Source: an uncultured Gemmatimonadales bacterium (GTDB lineage: Bacteria > Gemmatimonadota > Gemmatimonadetes > Longimicrobiales > Gaopeijiaceae). Taken from it: a stretch of 64,000 nt of DNA. The stretch's first letter is position 1; every line of letters begins with the position of its first letter. Below are positions 9,764 to 19,711 of this stretch, piece by piece. The notes below the pieces were generated by a model. It saw only the letters and a program-made list of their open reading frames with translations. It did no database searches and was not told the DNA's origin. The stretch covers positions 384,001 to 448,000 of the forward strand of contig CAWGKG010000012.1 of the NCBI GenBank assembly GCA_963823035.1, in the 5' to 3' direction. The position numbers and the translations under genes are program-made.

Positions 9764-11653
9764 TCAGTCGCCGGCGGCGCCGCTCGCAACCGATCGGCGT
9801 CGCCGCACCTCCATGACGAGGTTCTGCAGGTCCGCCGGAGACACTCCGGGAATCCGACCCGCCTGGGCGAGGGTCTCGGGGCGGATGCGCTGCAGCTTCT
9901 CGCGGGCCTCGAAGGACACCGTGACGAAGGCCGCATAAGGCAAGTCCTTATCCAGAATGAAGTTAGCTTGAGCCCGCAGCTTAGTCGCGCGTTGGCGTTC
10001 CCGGGCCACGTACCCCTCGTACTTCAACTCCACCTCGACGGCGGCCAGCACATCCGGAGAGGCCGCGGGAGGGGCCTCCCCACCCGCACCCAGGAGATCC
10101 GCGGCCCGCACGCCCGGACGTCGCAGGAGCTCGAGCGCGCGCACGGGCTCGGCGATCGCCTCCGTCCCGGCCGCATCCAGCGTCGCGCGCACAGCCTCCG
10201 GACGAAGCACCGTCTCCCTGAACCACACCAGCACACGGTCCTCCTCGGCCATCCTCCTCCGCAGGGCGTCCTCCTGCTCCCCGGTAAGCAGACCCCGCTC
10301 CCGCGCCAGCGGGCCCAAGCGCCGGTGCGCGTTGTCCTGACGCAGCAGCAGCCGGAACTCGGCACGCGACGTGAACAGCCGGTACGGCTCGTCGACTCCG
10401 CGGGTCACCAGGTCGTCGATGAGGACGCCGATGTACGCCTGATCGCGCTCCAGCACGAAAGGCGCCTCCCCCCGGACCCGGAGCGCCGCGTTGATGCCGG
10501 CGACGACACCCTGGCCGGCCGCCTCCTCGTAGCCGGTCGTCCCGTTGATCTGTCCCGCGAAGTAGAGCCCCGGCAGGTCCTTCAGCTCGAGCGTGTGCCG
10601 TAGCTGATGCGGAGGGAAGTAGTCGTACTCGATGGCGTAGCCGGCCTTGGTCATGCGCACGTCCCCGAGTCCCGGGAGCGTGCGCAGGAAGTCGAGCTGA
10701 ACGTCCGCGGGGAGGGAGGTCGACAGCCCGTTCACGTACAGCTCGGTGGTGCCGAGCCCCTCGGGCTCGAGAAAGACCTGGTGACGGGGCGCATCCGGAA
10801 AGCGCACGATCTTGTCCTCGATGGACGGGCAGTAGCGCGGGCCCCGCCCGGAGATGCTCCCTCCGTAGAGCGCGCTGCGCTTCAGGTTGTCTCGCACCAC
10901 CGCCTTCAGTCCCTCGCCGGACCAGGTGATCCAGCAGGGGCGCTGCTCGGGCACGCGCTCACGCGCATAGGATGCGAAGCGGAAGTCCGAATCCTCCCCG
11001 TCCTGCCGCTCGACCTGAGCGAAGTCGACGCTGCGACCGTCCACCCGCGGGGGAGTCCCCGTCTTGAAGCGGGCCACCTCGAGCCCGAGGCCCTCCAGCC
11101 CTTCGGCCAACGCCACCGAAGCCGGCTCCCCGGCTCGCCCGGCGTCCACGCCGGCGTGTCCGCCCACGTGGATGCGCCCGCGGAGGAAGGTGCCCGTGGT
11201 CACCACCACCGCGCTCGCCTCGAACTCGACCCCGCCGCGCGTCCGCACGCCGACGACCCGACCCTCGTCCACCAGGAGCTCCGTGACCATCTCCTGGAAG
11301 AGGTCGAGCTCCCCCAACTCATCGAGGATCCGGCGCACCGCGGCCGGATAGCCGGCACGATCACACTGCGCGCGCGGGCCCCACACGGCAGGGCCCTTCG
11401 ACCGGTTCAGCATGCGAAACTGGATGCGCGTGGCGTCCGTGGCCCGGCCCATCACGCCACCGAGCGCATCCACCTCACGCGCGACCACGCCCTTCGCGAC
11501 ACCGCCGACCGCCGGGTTGCAACTCATCTGGCCGACGCGCGCCAGATCGGGGGTCACCAGTACGGTGCGCACGCCCGCCCGCGCCGCGGCGGCCGCCGCC
11601 TCCGTCCCGGCGTGTCCGCCACCGACGACGACCACGTCGTAGCGGAGCCTCAC
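9764..11653 (-). CDS. mnmG: tRNA uridine-5-carboxymethylaminomethyl(34) synthesis enzyme MnmG (GidA)
   Basis: GGGHAGTEAA, MSCNPAVGG, RFKTGTPPR, GPRYCPSIEDK, AGQINGTTGYEEAAGQG, EPYRLFTSRAEFRL. Confidence 0.98.
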   Translation of the reverse strand: MRLRYDVVVVGGGHAGTEAAAAAARAGVRTVLVTPDLARVGQMSCNPAVGGVAKGVVAREVDALGGVMGRATDATRIQFRMLNRSKGPAVWGPRAQCDRAGYPAAVRRILDELGELDLFQEMVTELLVDEGRVVGVRTRGGVEFEASAVVVTTGTFLRGRIHVGGHAGVDAGRAGEPASVALAEGLEGLGLEVARFKTGTPPRVDGRSVDFAQVERQDGEDSDFRFASYARERVPEQRPCWITWSGEGLKAVVRDNLKRSALYGGSISGRGPRYCPSIEDKIVRFPDAPRHQVFLEPEGLGTTELYVNGLSTSLPADVQLDFLRTLPGLGDVRMTKAGYAIEYDYFPPHQLRHTLELKDLPGLYFAGQINGTTGYEEAAGQGVVAGINAALRVRGEAPFVLERDQAYIGVLIDDLVTRGVDEPYRLFTSRAEFRLLLRQDNAHRRLGPLARERGLLTGEQEDALRRRMAEEDRVLVWFRETVLRPEAVRATLDAAGTEAIAEPVRALELLRRPGVRAADLLGAGGEAPPAASPDVLAAVEVELKYEGYVARERQRATKLRAQANFILDKDLPYAAFVTVSFEAREKLQRIRPETLAQAGRIPGVSPADLQNLVMEVRRRRSVASGAAGD

Positions 11654-11703
11654 GGACGCACCTTCGCCACCACGCAGTTTATCACGCGCACCTTATCCAC
11701 GCA

Positions 11704-11997
11704 TTACCACCGCTCCATCTGAAAGCCGTCCGTGGGGGTGCGCGCGTCCGGAGCGATCTCCTCGACGGCGCTCACACGGGCCCCCGGCGGTCCGTCGTGC
11801 AACGCCTTGGCGAAGGCCTCGAGCGCTTCGGGCGAGCCCGCCGCGTGCACCTCCACGGACCCGTCCGTGAGGTTGCGCACGTGCCCGGACAGTCCGAGCT
11901 CGTGGCCGGTACGCTGCGTCCACCATCGGAATCCGACCCCCTGCACGCGACCGCGCACGAGGAAGCCCCTTCGCTCGCCCTTCCCGGATCCGTCCAT
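11704..11997 (-). CDS. acyP: Acylphosphatase
   Basis: VRGRVQGVGFR and GHVRNLTDGSVEV signatures; GPPGARV. Confidence 0.93.
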   Translation of the reverse strand: MDGSGKGERRGFLVRGRVQGVGFRWWTQRTGHELGLSGHVRNLTDGSVEVHAAGSPEALEAFAKALHDGPPGARVSAVEEIAPDARTPTDGFQMERW

Positions 11998-12002
11998 GTG
12001 CT

Positions 12003-13386
12003 TCACTTCCCGATGCAGAACTCGGCGAACACCGCGTCGAGCACATCCTCCACGGAGACCACGCCCAGCAGCTCCTCGAGCGCACTCTCCGCGGACCGAA
12101 GATGCGTGGACGCCATCTCCGCGGGCACACCCCCGGCGAGCGCCGCGCGGAAGGCGTCCACCTCGTCGCGAGCCGCGCGCAGCGCTCGCGCCTGACGCCG
12201 CCGGGTCAGGACGGGAGCATCCGACGCGAGCCCCACGAGGCCCGAATACACGAGACGGGGAAGGAGGCTCCGCAGCGCATCCAGGCCCGCACCGCTGACG
12301 ACGGAAACGGCCACCCCGTCGGCGTATCCCCGCGGCAGCTCCGTCGCGTTGCTGCTGGTGCCCGGCGCGGACAGGTCCGTCTTGGTGGAGACGAGCACCA
12401 CCGGCACCTCGCCGAGCTCCTCCATGAACGCCCGTTCGTCCGCCCCCGTCCCGCTTCCCGATTCGACGCACAGGAGCACGATGTCCGCGCGTCCGAGATG
12501 CCTGCGCGCCATCTCCACACCCAGGCGCTCCACGCGATCGTCGCTGTCCCGCAGGCCGGCCGTATCCACCAGGCGGAATGGGTACCCACCGAGCTGCACG
12601 CTCGCCTCCACGGCGTCGCGCGTGGTCCCGGGGATCTCCGTCACGATCGCGCGCTCTTCCCCGAGCAGGGCGTTGAAGAGCGACGACTTGCCCACGTTCG
12701 GCCGGCCGGCGAGGACGGCCACGGCGCCCTCCCGCAGCAGCTCTCCCTCTGGAGCCGTGGCGAGGAGGGCGTCCATGCGGGCCGTGACCGCTCCGGCGCC
12801 TTCCACGATCACCGCCACCGGGACCGGCGCATCGTCCTCCTCCGGAAAGTCGAGATGGTGGGCGAGGAGCGCGTCGAGCCGGATCAGCTCTCTCCTGAGC
12901 TCCGACACCCGACCGGACAGCCCGCGCTCGAGGTGCGTGAGCGCGGCGCGGTGCGCTGCCGCGCTCCGCGCCGCCGTCAGGTCGGCGACGGCCTCCGCCT
13001 GGACCAGGTCGAGCTTGCCGTTCAGGTACGCGCGACGGGTGAACTCACCCGGCTCGGCCGGGCGCGCTCCGGCCTGCACACAGGCATCGAGCACGAGCGC
13101 GGGGACGAGCAGGCCGCCATGACACGTGATCTCGACGGCGTCCTCGCCGGTGAAGCTCGCCGGCGCCTCGTAGACGGTCACCACCGCCTGGTCCAGGGGC
13201 TCCCCGTCGATGGGATCGCGCAGCTCGAGCAGCGTCGCCAGGCGCGGTGCGGGCAGCGCCTCGAGTCCGGGCGCGAGGGCACGAAGAACCTCGTGGGACC
13301 GCGGCGCCGGAAAGGCGCACCAGCGCCAGAGCGCCGACGCCGGGGGCCGTGGCCACCGCGGCGATCGTGTCGACCTCGACGCTCAT
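12003..13386 (-). CDS. mnmE: tRNA modification GTPase MnmE (TrmE); frameshift(s) near 13300
   Basis: DTIAAVATAPGVGALALVRLSG, SFTGEDAVEITCHGG, GRPNVGKSSL, GTTRD, DTAG, C-terminal FCIGK. Confidence 0.96.
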
Positions 13387-13405
13387 CCGCGCCGCGGCCG
13401 GGCGG

Positions 13406-15119
13406 TCATCCCTTGCTGGTCGGTGGTCCGGCCGCCTGCACCTTCTTCCGCTCGTTCGCGATCCAGATCTGCTGCGGGATCGTCGCGATGTTCGCCGTCG
13501 CGTAGTAGAGGTTCAGACCGCTCGCCAGCTTGAAGAAGATGAAGAGCATCATGATCGGCATGAAGTACATCATCACCTTCATCTGCCCGCTCTGTTGCTG
13601 CGGCAGCGAGCGCATCGTCACCCACTGCATCAGGAACATCGACAGGGCCATGAAGATCGGCAGGATGAAGAGCGGATCCGGCGCGGAGAGGTCAGGCAGC
13701 CAGAGGAACGGCACGCCGCGCAGCTCGATCGTGTTCTGGAAGACGAAGAAGAGCGCGATCAGGACGGGCCAGGGCAGGAGCATCGGCAAACAGCCGCCCA
13801 GCGGATTGAAGCCGTGCTCCTTGTACAGCTTCATCATCTCCTTCTGGAGCTTCTCCGGGTTGTCCTTGTACTTGGCCTGGATCTCCTGGACCAGCGGCTG
13901 CACGGCCATGTTCTTCAGCTGCGAGCGCATGGCCTTCTGGTTGAGCGGCCACAGCACCACGCGCATCAGCACGCCGAAGAGGATGAGCACCCACCCGTAC
14001 CCCAGGCGGAGCTGGCCGTGCAGGAAGGACAGGATCGCGACCACGATCGACACGAACGGCCGCACCACGGGGCGGAAGAACTTCCACCCGTACGGGTTCA
14101 CCTCCTGCATGTCCTCGCCGAGCGACGAGAGCCGGGCGTATTCCTGCGGACCCATGAAGAGGCGGTAGCCGAAGGTGCCGTTCGCATGGACGGTCTGTGT
14201 CACGGCCATGCGGACCCGATCCGGGAGCGGGCTCTCCGTCACGATCAAGCCGCCGAGATAGTCCGGCTCGGCCCCCTCCGCCGCCTCGCTCTCACCGGCC
14301 ATGAGGGCCGCGACGAAGAACTTGCTCTTGAAGGCAGCCCAGAGCAGCGGGCCGTTGACCACCGTGGGCTTCGCCCGGCTGAGCGCGGTCGAGCTGATGC
14401 CGTCCTGCTCGTGGTTCTCCACGTAGGCCATGGCGCGCGCCTCACCCGCGGAGTCCGCTTCGGCGAACGCGAGCCCCTGACCCAGGTCGGTGATCAGGAG
14501 GGAGCGGTCGATCCCCGTCACGCGTCCACGAACCACCACCTGGTACGACTCGGGCCGGAACTCGTAGTCGAGCTCGAATCGGAAGGGAGACGCCGGTGGC
14601 TGGTACACGAACGTCAGCGTGCGCGACCCGCCGCCCTCGGAGAGCGTGACGCCCCCGGCCGGCTCGATCTCGAACGGGCGCCCGGGTCAGGTCCACGGTG
14701 TCCGACCCGACCAGCAGCTTCTGGCCCAGCCAGCCGGACGACTCGGCGGGGATGAGGTCCACCACGCCGCCCTGGTTCAGCGCCTGGAACTGCGGGAGCT
14801 CCGCCGCCACGAGACGAGCCCCGATGTTGCTGAACGTGTACCGATAGAGCGGACCCTCGACGGAGACCGTGGTCTCTTCGACCTCGGCGGGCGCGAGCGG
14901 AGTGACCCGACCCTCCTCCGCGGCCGGCTGTCCGGCGGTCGAGGGCGGAAGGACCGGGGCCCGCGGCCCCGACGAGTCCTCCACCACGGCCGCGGCCGCC
15001 ATGCTGTCGGCCGGCATCACGCCCTCGTCGGGGCGCACGGGTGGGAAGAGGAGGTTGGTCCCCACCAGGACCAGCAGCATCAGGGCGATGGCGAGGAGAA
15101 AGCGCACTTCAGTCTTCAT
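13406..15119 (-). CDS. yidC: Membrane protein insertase YidC; frameshift near 14680
   Basis: N-terminal [51 protein letters not shown]; conserved position after yidD. Confidence 0.95.
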
Positions 15120-15438
15120 GGATCGCTCGACGTGGGGCGGCCGAAGCCGCGCCTCGCGGTCTGTTCAGTCGGGAATCGGGTGCGCCGCCGGCCGCGGCCG
15201 GAACGCCGTGCCGGTGTGTGTGTGGCTCGGGCACCGGATCGTAACCGTGGCCACCCCAGGGGTGGCAGCGGAGGAGGCGTCGGAGGGCGAGCCAACTCCC
15301 GCGACCCGCCCCGTGTCGCTCGACCGCCTCGAGGGCGTAGGCCGAACAGGTGGGGGTGTATCGGCAGGAGGGAGGCGTGAAGGGCGAGATCGCTGACCTG
15401 TACAGCCGGATCAAGCCCATGAGCAAGGACCTCAACAC
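15109..15438 (-). CDS. yidD: Membrane protein insertion efficiency factor YidD
   Basis: YRSAISP...[19 protein letters not shown]...RLLRCHPW...GYDPVP. Confidence 0.95.
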   Translation of the reverse strand: MLRSLLMGLIRLYRSAISPFTPPSCRYTPTCSAYALEAVERHGAGRGSWLALRRLLRCHPWGGHGYDPVPEPHTHRHGVPAAAGGAPDSRLNRPRGAASAAPRRAIHED

Positions 15439-15983
15439 ATCCCCTCCACCGCTTCACTCACCTCCCTGGCCAGCGCGTCGAATCCCAGCTCGTAGGCACC
15501 ACGGCGCGCCCTGACGAGCACGTCGAGCCGGGTACCGCCGGCCGCGAGCGCGGGAAGCACCCGCCGCCTGCCGACCTCTCGCAGCCTTCTCTTCAGCAGG
15601 TTCCTCTCCACGATGTTCCGCCCGTGCTTCGGCACGATCAGCCCGAGCCTGGAAAAAGAAACGGGGGAAGGCGCGAAGAAGACATCCAGATGCGTCGTCC
15701 TCTTCCGCTTCCCCCGCTCGAGGAGTGCGCGGATCTCCCGGGTCCGTCGGATGCGAGCGGCCCTGGGGAGGCGCTCCCCTGTTCCGGGCTCGCCGTCGCC
15801 CGAGCGATGGGGGTCTACTTGCTGCCCACCTTCACCGAGAGACGCGCACGACCCTTCCTGCGGCGACGCGACAGCGTCGCGCGACCGCCCCGGGTCTTCA
15901 TCCGTGCACGGAACCCGTGCTTGTTGACGCGCTTGCGGTTGCGCGGGTGGTACGTCGGCTTCATTCGGGGCTGCCCGATGCAT
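15432..15983 (-). CDS. rnpA: Ribonuclease P protein component; start uncertain (conserved core begins near 15775, only in-frame ATG is at 15983)
   Basis: [16 protein letters not shown]...[26 protein letters not shown] (RNR-like motif)...DVLVRAR; position between rpmH and yidD. Confidence 0.85.
   Translation of the reverse strand: MHRAAPNEADVPPAQPQARQQARVPCTDEDPGRSRDAVASPQEGSCASLGEGGQQVDPHRSGDGEPGTGERLPRAARIRRTREIRALLERGKRKRTTHLDVFFAPSPVSFSRLGLIVPKHGRNIVERNLLKRRLREVGRRRVLPALAAGGTRLDVLVRARRGAYELGFDALAREVSEAVEGMC
15815..15964 (-). CDS. rpmH: 50S ribosomal protein L34
   Basis: Manual translation: [49 protein letters not shown]. Confidence 0.97.
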   Translation of the reverse strand: MKPTYHPRNRKRVNKHGFRARMKTRGGRATLSRRRRKGRARLSVKVGSK

Positions 15984-16013
15984 GGGAATTCGTCGTCTCG
16001 AAACTAGCTTGGA

Positions 16014-16043
16014 AAGATAGCGCCGTTCCCCGAAAAGCGTCAA
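16014..16043 (-). promoter_or_regulatory. Putative sigma70 promoter of the rpmH operon
   Basis: TTGACG-N18-TATCTT on the minus strand upstream of rpmH/rnpA. Confidence 0.6.
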
Positions 16044-16061
16044 CTTCGGGGTCTCCGAGGC

Positions 16062-16095
16062 TGTGGAAAGCCGCGGAACATCTGTGTCCCACAAG
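16062..16095. promoter_or_regulatory. Degenerate DnaA boxes in the rpmH-dnaA intergenic region
   Basis: TGTGGAAAG near 16062 and TGTCCCACA near 16085; a further TTTTCCACA lies just downstream near 16107. Confidence 0.5.
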
Positions 16096-16271
16096 CCGAA
16101 TTGACTTTTCCACATCGCTTCTCTAGCTTCGGCGCCCCTCGCCTGGGGACGGGGGTTCCTTCGCCGCACCGCCCTCACCGCTCTCCCTTCGAGAATGTCG
16201 GCCAGCCCCACCCACCGCACCCGCCTCGCGCCCCCTCCCTCACCGGCGACGGCCACCCCTACGAGGACTCC

Positions 16272-17663
16272 GTGGAGCTGACCGCGCCGGAGCTCTGGGC
16301 CCGTATCCAGGAGGTCGTGCGCGCCTCGGTTCCGGAGCAAGGCTACCGCACCTGGCTGGCGGGCACCCGCGCCGTCGGTCTCTCGGGCGACGAGTTGGTG
16401 GTGGAGGCGCCGAGTCCCTTCCACGTCGAGTGGATCGAAGACAAGTACGGTCCGATCCTCGCCTCCGCATGCCAACGCGTGCTCGGTCGTCCGCTCGGGG
16501 TGTCGATCATCTGCGCGCCCGAGCTCTCCCCCATCCCGGTGCCGGCGCTCGAGCTCCCCTCGCCCGAGGAGAGGAGGGCACGCCTGCGGGCGGCCCAGCC
16601 GGGCGCCGCGCCGGTGGCGCGCCCGCGCCTGAACGAGCGCTACACCTTCGGGCGCTTCGTCGTGGGAACCAACAACCAGCTGGCGGTCGCCGCGTGCCGG
16701 GCCGTCGCCGAGAAGCCGGCGAGGATGTACAACCCGCTCTTCCTCTACGGAGGCGTGGGCCTCGGAAAGACGCACCTCATGCACGCGATCGGTCATCATC
16801 TGGTCGAGGGGGATCCGGGGCACCGCATCGCGTACGTCTCCTCGGAGGAGTTCACCAACGACATGGTGGGGTCCATCCAGCAGGGCACCATGGCGGCGTT
16901 CCGGCGCCGATACCGTGAGATGGACCTGCTGCTGGTCGACGACATCCACTTCCTCGAGGGGAAGGAGGGCACGCAGGAGGAGTTCTTCCACACCTTCAAT
17001 GCCCTGTACGACGCCCAGCGTCAGATCGTTCTCACGAGCGATCGCCCACCGAAGGAGATTCCGGGCCTCGAGGAGCGCCTGATCTCCCGCTTCGAGTGGG
17101 GCCTCGTGGTCGATATCAAGGCGCCCGACTACGAGACGCGCATGGCGATCCTGCGCAAGAAGGCGGCGGACGACGGGCTGATCATCGACGACGAGGTGAT
17201 CGAGCTCATCGCGCACTCCTGCACCGCGTCGGTTCGCGAGCTGGAAGGAGCCGTGATCAAACTCCTCGCCTACTCCTCGCTCACGCACCAGGAGATCACC
17301 CCGAGCCTCGCCCGTACGGCGCTGAACAGCGTCCTGAGCCGATACCGGGACGAGGCGCCCGTGCTCTCCCCCGAACGGATCCAGGATCTGGTCGCGCGCC
17401 GCTGGCGCGTGAAGCCCGAGGCGCTCGCGTCCAAGCGCCGCACCAAGGACCTCACCGTTCCGCGCCAGGTGGCGATGTTCCTCATCAAGGAGACCCTCGG
17501 GACCTCCCTCGTCCGGATCGGCGAGATGTTCGGCGGACGCGACCATTCCACGGTCATCCACTCGATCCGCAAGGTCGAAGAGGAGATGGCGCGCGACCCG
17601 GACTTCCGGAAGCGCGTGGACGAGGCCCGCGAAGAGGTGCGGGCGGGATCGTCGCGAACCTGA
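16272..17663 (+). CDS. dnaA: Chromosomal replication initiator DnaA
   Basis: GTG after GAGGA; YNPLFLYGGVGLGKTHL, LLVDDIHF, QEEFFHTFNAL, RELEGA, FGGRDHSTVIHS. Confidence 0.98.
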   Translation: MELTAPELWARIQEVVRASVPEQGYRTWLAGTRAVGLSGDELVVEAPSPFHVEWIEDKYGPILASACQRVLGRPLGVSIICAPELSPIPVPALELPSPEERRARLRAAQPGAAPVARPRLNERYTFGRFVVGTNNQLAVAACRAVAEKPARMYNPLFLYGGVGLGKTHLMHAIGHHLVEGDPGHRIAYVSSEEFTNDMVGSIQQGTMAAFRRRYREMDLLLVDDIHFLEGKEGTQEEFFHTFNALYDAQRQIVLTSDRPPKEIPGLEERLISRFEWGLVVDIKAPDYETRMAILRKKAADDGLIIDDEVIELIAHSCTASVRELEGAVIKLLAYSSLTHQEITPSLARTALNSVLSRYRDEAPVLSPERIQDLVARRWRVKPEALASKRRTKDLTVPRQVAMFLIKETLGTSLVRIGEMFGGRDHSTVIHSIRKVEEEMARDPDFRKRVDEAREEVRAGSSRT

Positions 17664-17978
17664 CGCGGCTTCGCATTCGGCGCGTTACGAACCGGTGGAC
17701 AACCCTGGGGATAACCGGGGAGTTCTCCACGTCGCGGCGCACGCCCCACCGGACGGGGTTGAAATCATCCAGGTTGTCGACGGATCTTCCACACCCGTGC
17801 AGGGCCCCGGAAGAGCGCTCCGGAGAGGGCTCGGCGGGGTGTTGAGGAGGGTATCGTCCACACATCCACACCCTCTACTACTGCTATGTTTTTCTTACCT
17901 CTAGAGATATAGGTTCCAGCTGTCGTTGAAAAACGCGCCGCTCATCGCTCGGGAACCGCGTCAGGAGCTTCCAGGTCC
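17664..17978. other. oriC: Replication origin oriC (DnaA boxes, DnaA-trios, AT-rich unwinding element)
   Basis: dnaA-dnaN intergenic region with boxes at 17694-17702, 17706-17714, 17723-17731, 17785-17793, 17854-17862 and 17862-17870, then CTA-CTA-CTG-CTA (17875-17886) and an AT-rich tract. Confidence 0.85.
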
Positions 17979-19091
17979 ATGAAATTCACGATCACCAGAC
18001 AGAACCTCCACAACGGTCTCGCAGCCGTCTCGGCCAGCATCCCGTCGAAGACGACGCTGCCGGTGCTGTCCAATATCCTCTTCGAGGCCCGCGAGGACGG
18101 CGTCTGGATGAGCGGTACGGACCTGGACGTCGCGGTGCGCGTCCGTGTTCCTGCCGACGTCTCGGAGGCGGGGAGCCTGACGGCGCCGGGGAAGAAGCTC
18201 CAGGAGATCACCAGGGAGCTTCCCGACCAACCCGTCGAGGTCGCCACCCGCGGTGATCAGATCGAGCTGAAGTGCGGGCGTAGCCTCTTCAAGTTCAACG
18301 GCCTCCCGGCCGACGAGTTTCCGTCCCTCGCGGAGATCGCGTTCGACGACGGCTGGACGGTTCGCGGCAAGGATCTCCACGACCTCATCCACCACACCTC
18401 GTTCGCCGTTTCGACCGAGGAGAGCCGGCCGATCCTCAACGGCGTGCTCTGGGAGCTTCGGGACGGTCAGATGCGCATGGTGGCGACGAACGGCCACCGT
18501 CTCGCGCGCATGGGCATTCCCGCGACGTCCTCCGGCGTTCCGTCCGCGGACTTCATCGTCCCTCCGGCCGCGCTCCAGCACGTCCAGCGGCTCTTCCGCT
18601 CCGAGGACGAGCTGCGCGTCGCGCGCAGCGGCAACCACCTCGGCTTCCAGGCCGAGTCCACCGAGGTCTTCACGCGCCTGATCGAGGGGACGTATCCCAA
18701 CTACGACCAGGTCATCCCGCGCGACAACGACAAGATCGCGACGGTGCAGAAGAAGGCGCTGGAGTCGGCGGTGCGTCGGATGGCGGTGGTCGCCTCGGAC
18801 CAGACGCACAGGATCCGGCTGCACCTGGAGAACGACCGGGTGCACCTGAACGTGCTGACCCCCGACCTGGGCGAGGGACACGACGAGCTCGAGGTCGGCT
18901 ACGGAGGCGAGGAGCTGGAGATCGGCTTCAACGCGAACTACCTCCTCGAGGTGCTCCGCTACATGCCGACCGACGAGGTGAAGATCGCGTTCAAGGCGCC
19001 GGAGCGTGCAGCCACGGTCGAGCCGGTGCCGGACGGTGACGAGCCGATCGACTACCTCTGCCTGGTGATGCCGCTCCGCCTCCTGGACTGA
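17979..19091 (+). CDS. dnaN: DNA polymerase III beta sliding clamp
   Basis: LPVLSNIL, GTDLD, ESRPILNGV, VATNGHRLA, RLIEGTYPNY, IGFNANYLLE, LVMPLRL. Confidence 0.98.
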   Translation: MKFTITRQNLHNGLAAVSASIPSKTTLPVLSNILFEAREDGVWMSGTDLDVAVRVRVPADVSEAGSLTAPGKKLQEITRELPDQPVEVATRGDQIELKCGRSLFKFNGLPADEFPSLAEIAFDDGWTVRGKDLHDLIHHTSFAVSTEESRPILNGVLWELRDGQMRMVATNGHRLARMGIPATSSGVPSADFIVPPAALQHVQRLFRSEDELRVARSGNHLGFQAESTEVFTRLIEGTYPNYDQVIPRDNDKIATVQKKALESAVRRMAVVASDQTHRIRLHLENDRVHLNVLTPDLGEGHDELEVGYGGEELEIGFNANYLLEVLRYMPTDEVKIAFKAPERAATVEPVPDGDEPIDYLCLVMPLRLLD

Positions 19092-19140
19092 GCGCGGCGC
19101 ATCGGGCGCCGGAAGGCCGTTGAAGAAGGGGAGTGCCCGC

Positions 19141-19708
19141 CTAGGAGGCGCGTTCGCGTGCGGCGGCGAGGAGCTCCGGGCCACTGAACGCCGACAGGAG
19201 GGGTAGTCCCTCGGCGCCGATGCGCTCGGCCCCTCCCTCCTGCCGATCGACGAGCGTGAACACCGCGACCACGACGGCGCCGGCCTCGCGCAGAGCCGCC
19301 ACGGCGGTGGCCGCGCTCGACCCCGTGGTCATCGAGTCCTCGATCACGAGACAGCGTGCGCCGTGCGGGCAGACCGCCCTCGACACGCTGGCCTGTTCCG
19401 TGTTCCTTCGCTTTCTTTCGGACGGAGAACGCGTCGAGGGGCCGACCCTCCAGCCAGCTCCTGTGTGCGAGGGCATAGGCGACGGGGTCGGCACCCATGG
19501 TCAGCCCACCCACGTGGGTCACGTCGAGACCACTTTCGCCCAGAAGGGTGTATGCGACGTGTCCCACCAGGAACTGACCTTCGGCACACATGGTGGTGCG
19601 ACGGGCGTCGACGTAGTACGAAGAGCGGGCGCCGCTGGCCAGCGTGAAGTCGCCCACGCGCACCGAGCGCTCCACGAGGAGCTCCTTGAGTCGTTCACGA
19701 TGATCCAT
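19141..19708 (-). CDS. pyrE: Orotate phosphoribosyltransferase; frameshift near 19365
   Basis: GDFTLASGARSSYYVD, GGLTMGADP, VRKKAKEHGT, PRPP motif VIEDSMTTGSS, VDRQEGG. Confidence 0.95.
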
Positions 19709-19711
19709 GGC

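Noticed and set aside
11693..11701. TTATCCACG box upstream of mnmG as an E. coli-type gidA-linked origin
   Set aside because: A single imperfect box without an AT-rich unwinding element; at most a regulatory site.
13406..15119. yidC, mnmE and pyrE as true pseudogenes or programmed frameshifts
   Set aside because: These are conserved or essential genes, no slippery sites were evident, and the window-wide indel rate points to sequencing error.
15984..17561. Upstream extension of the 709-aa minus-strand ORF 15432..17561
   Set aside because: Antisense shadow of dnaA; only the 3' part (rnpA) is credible.
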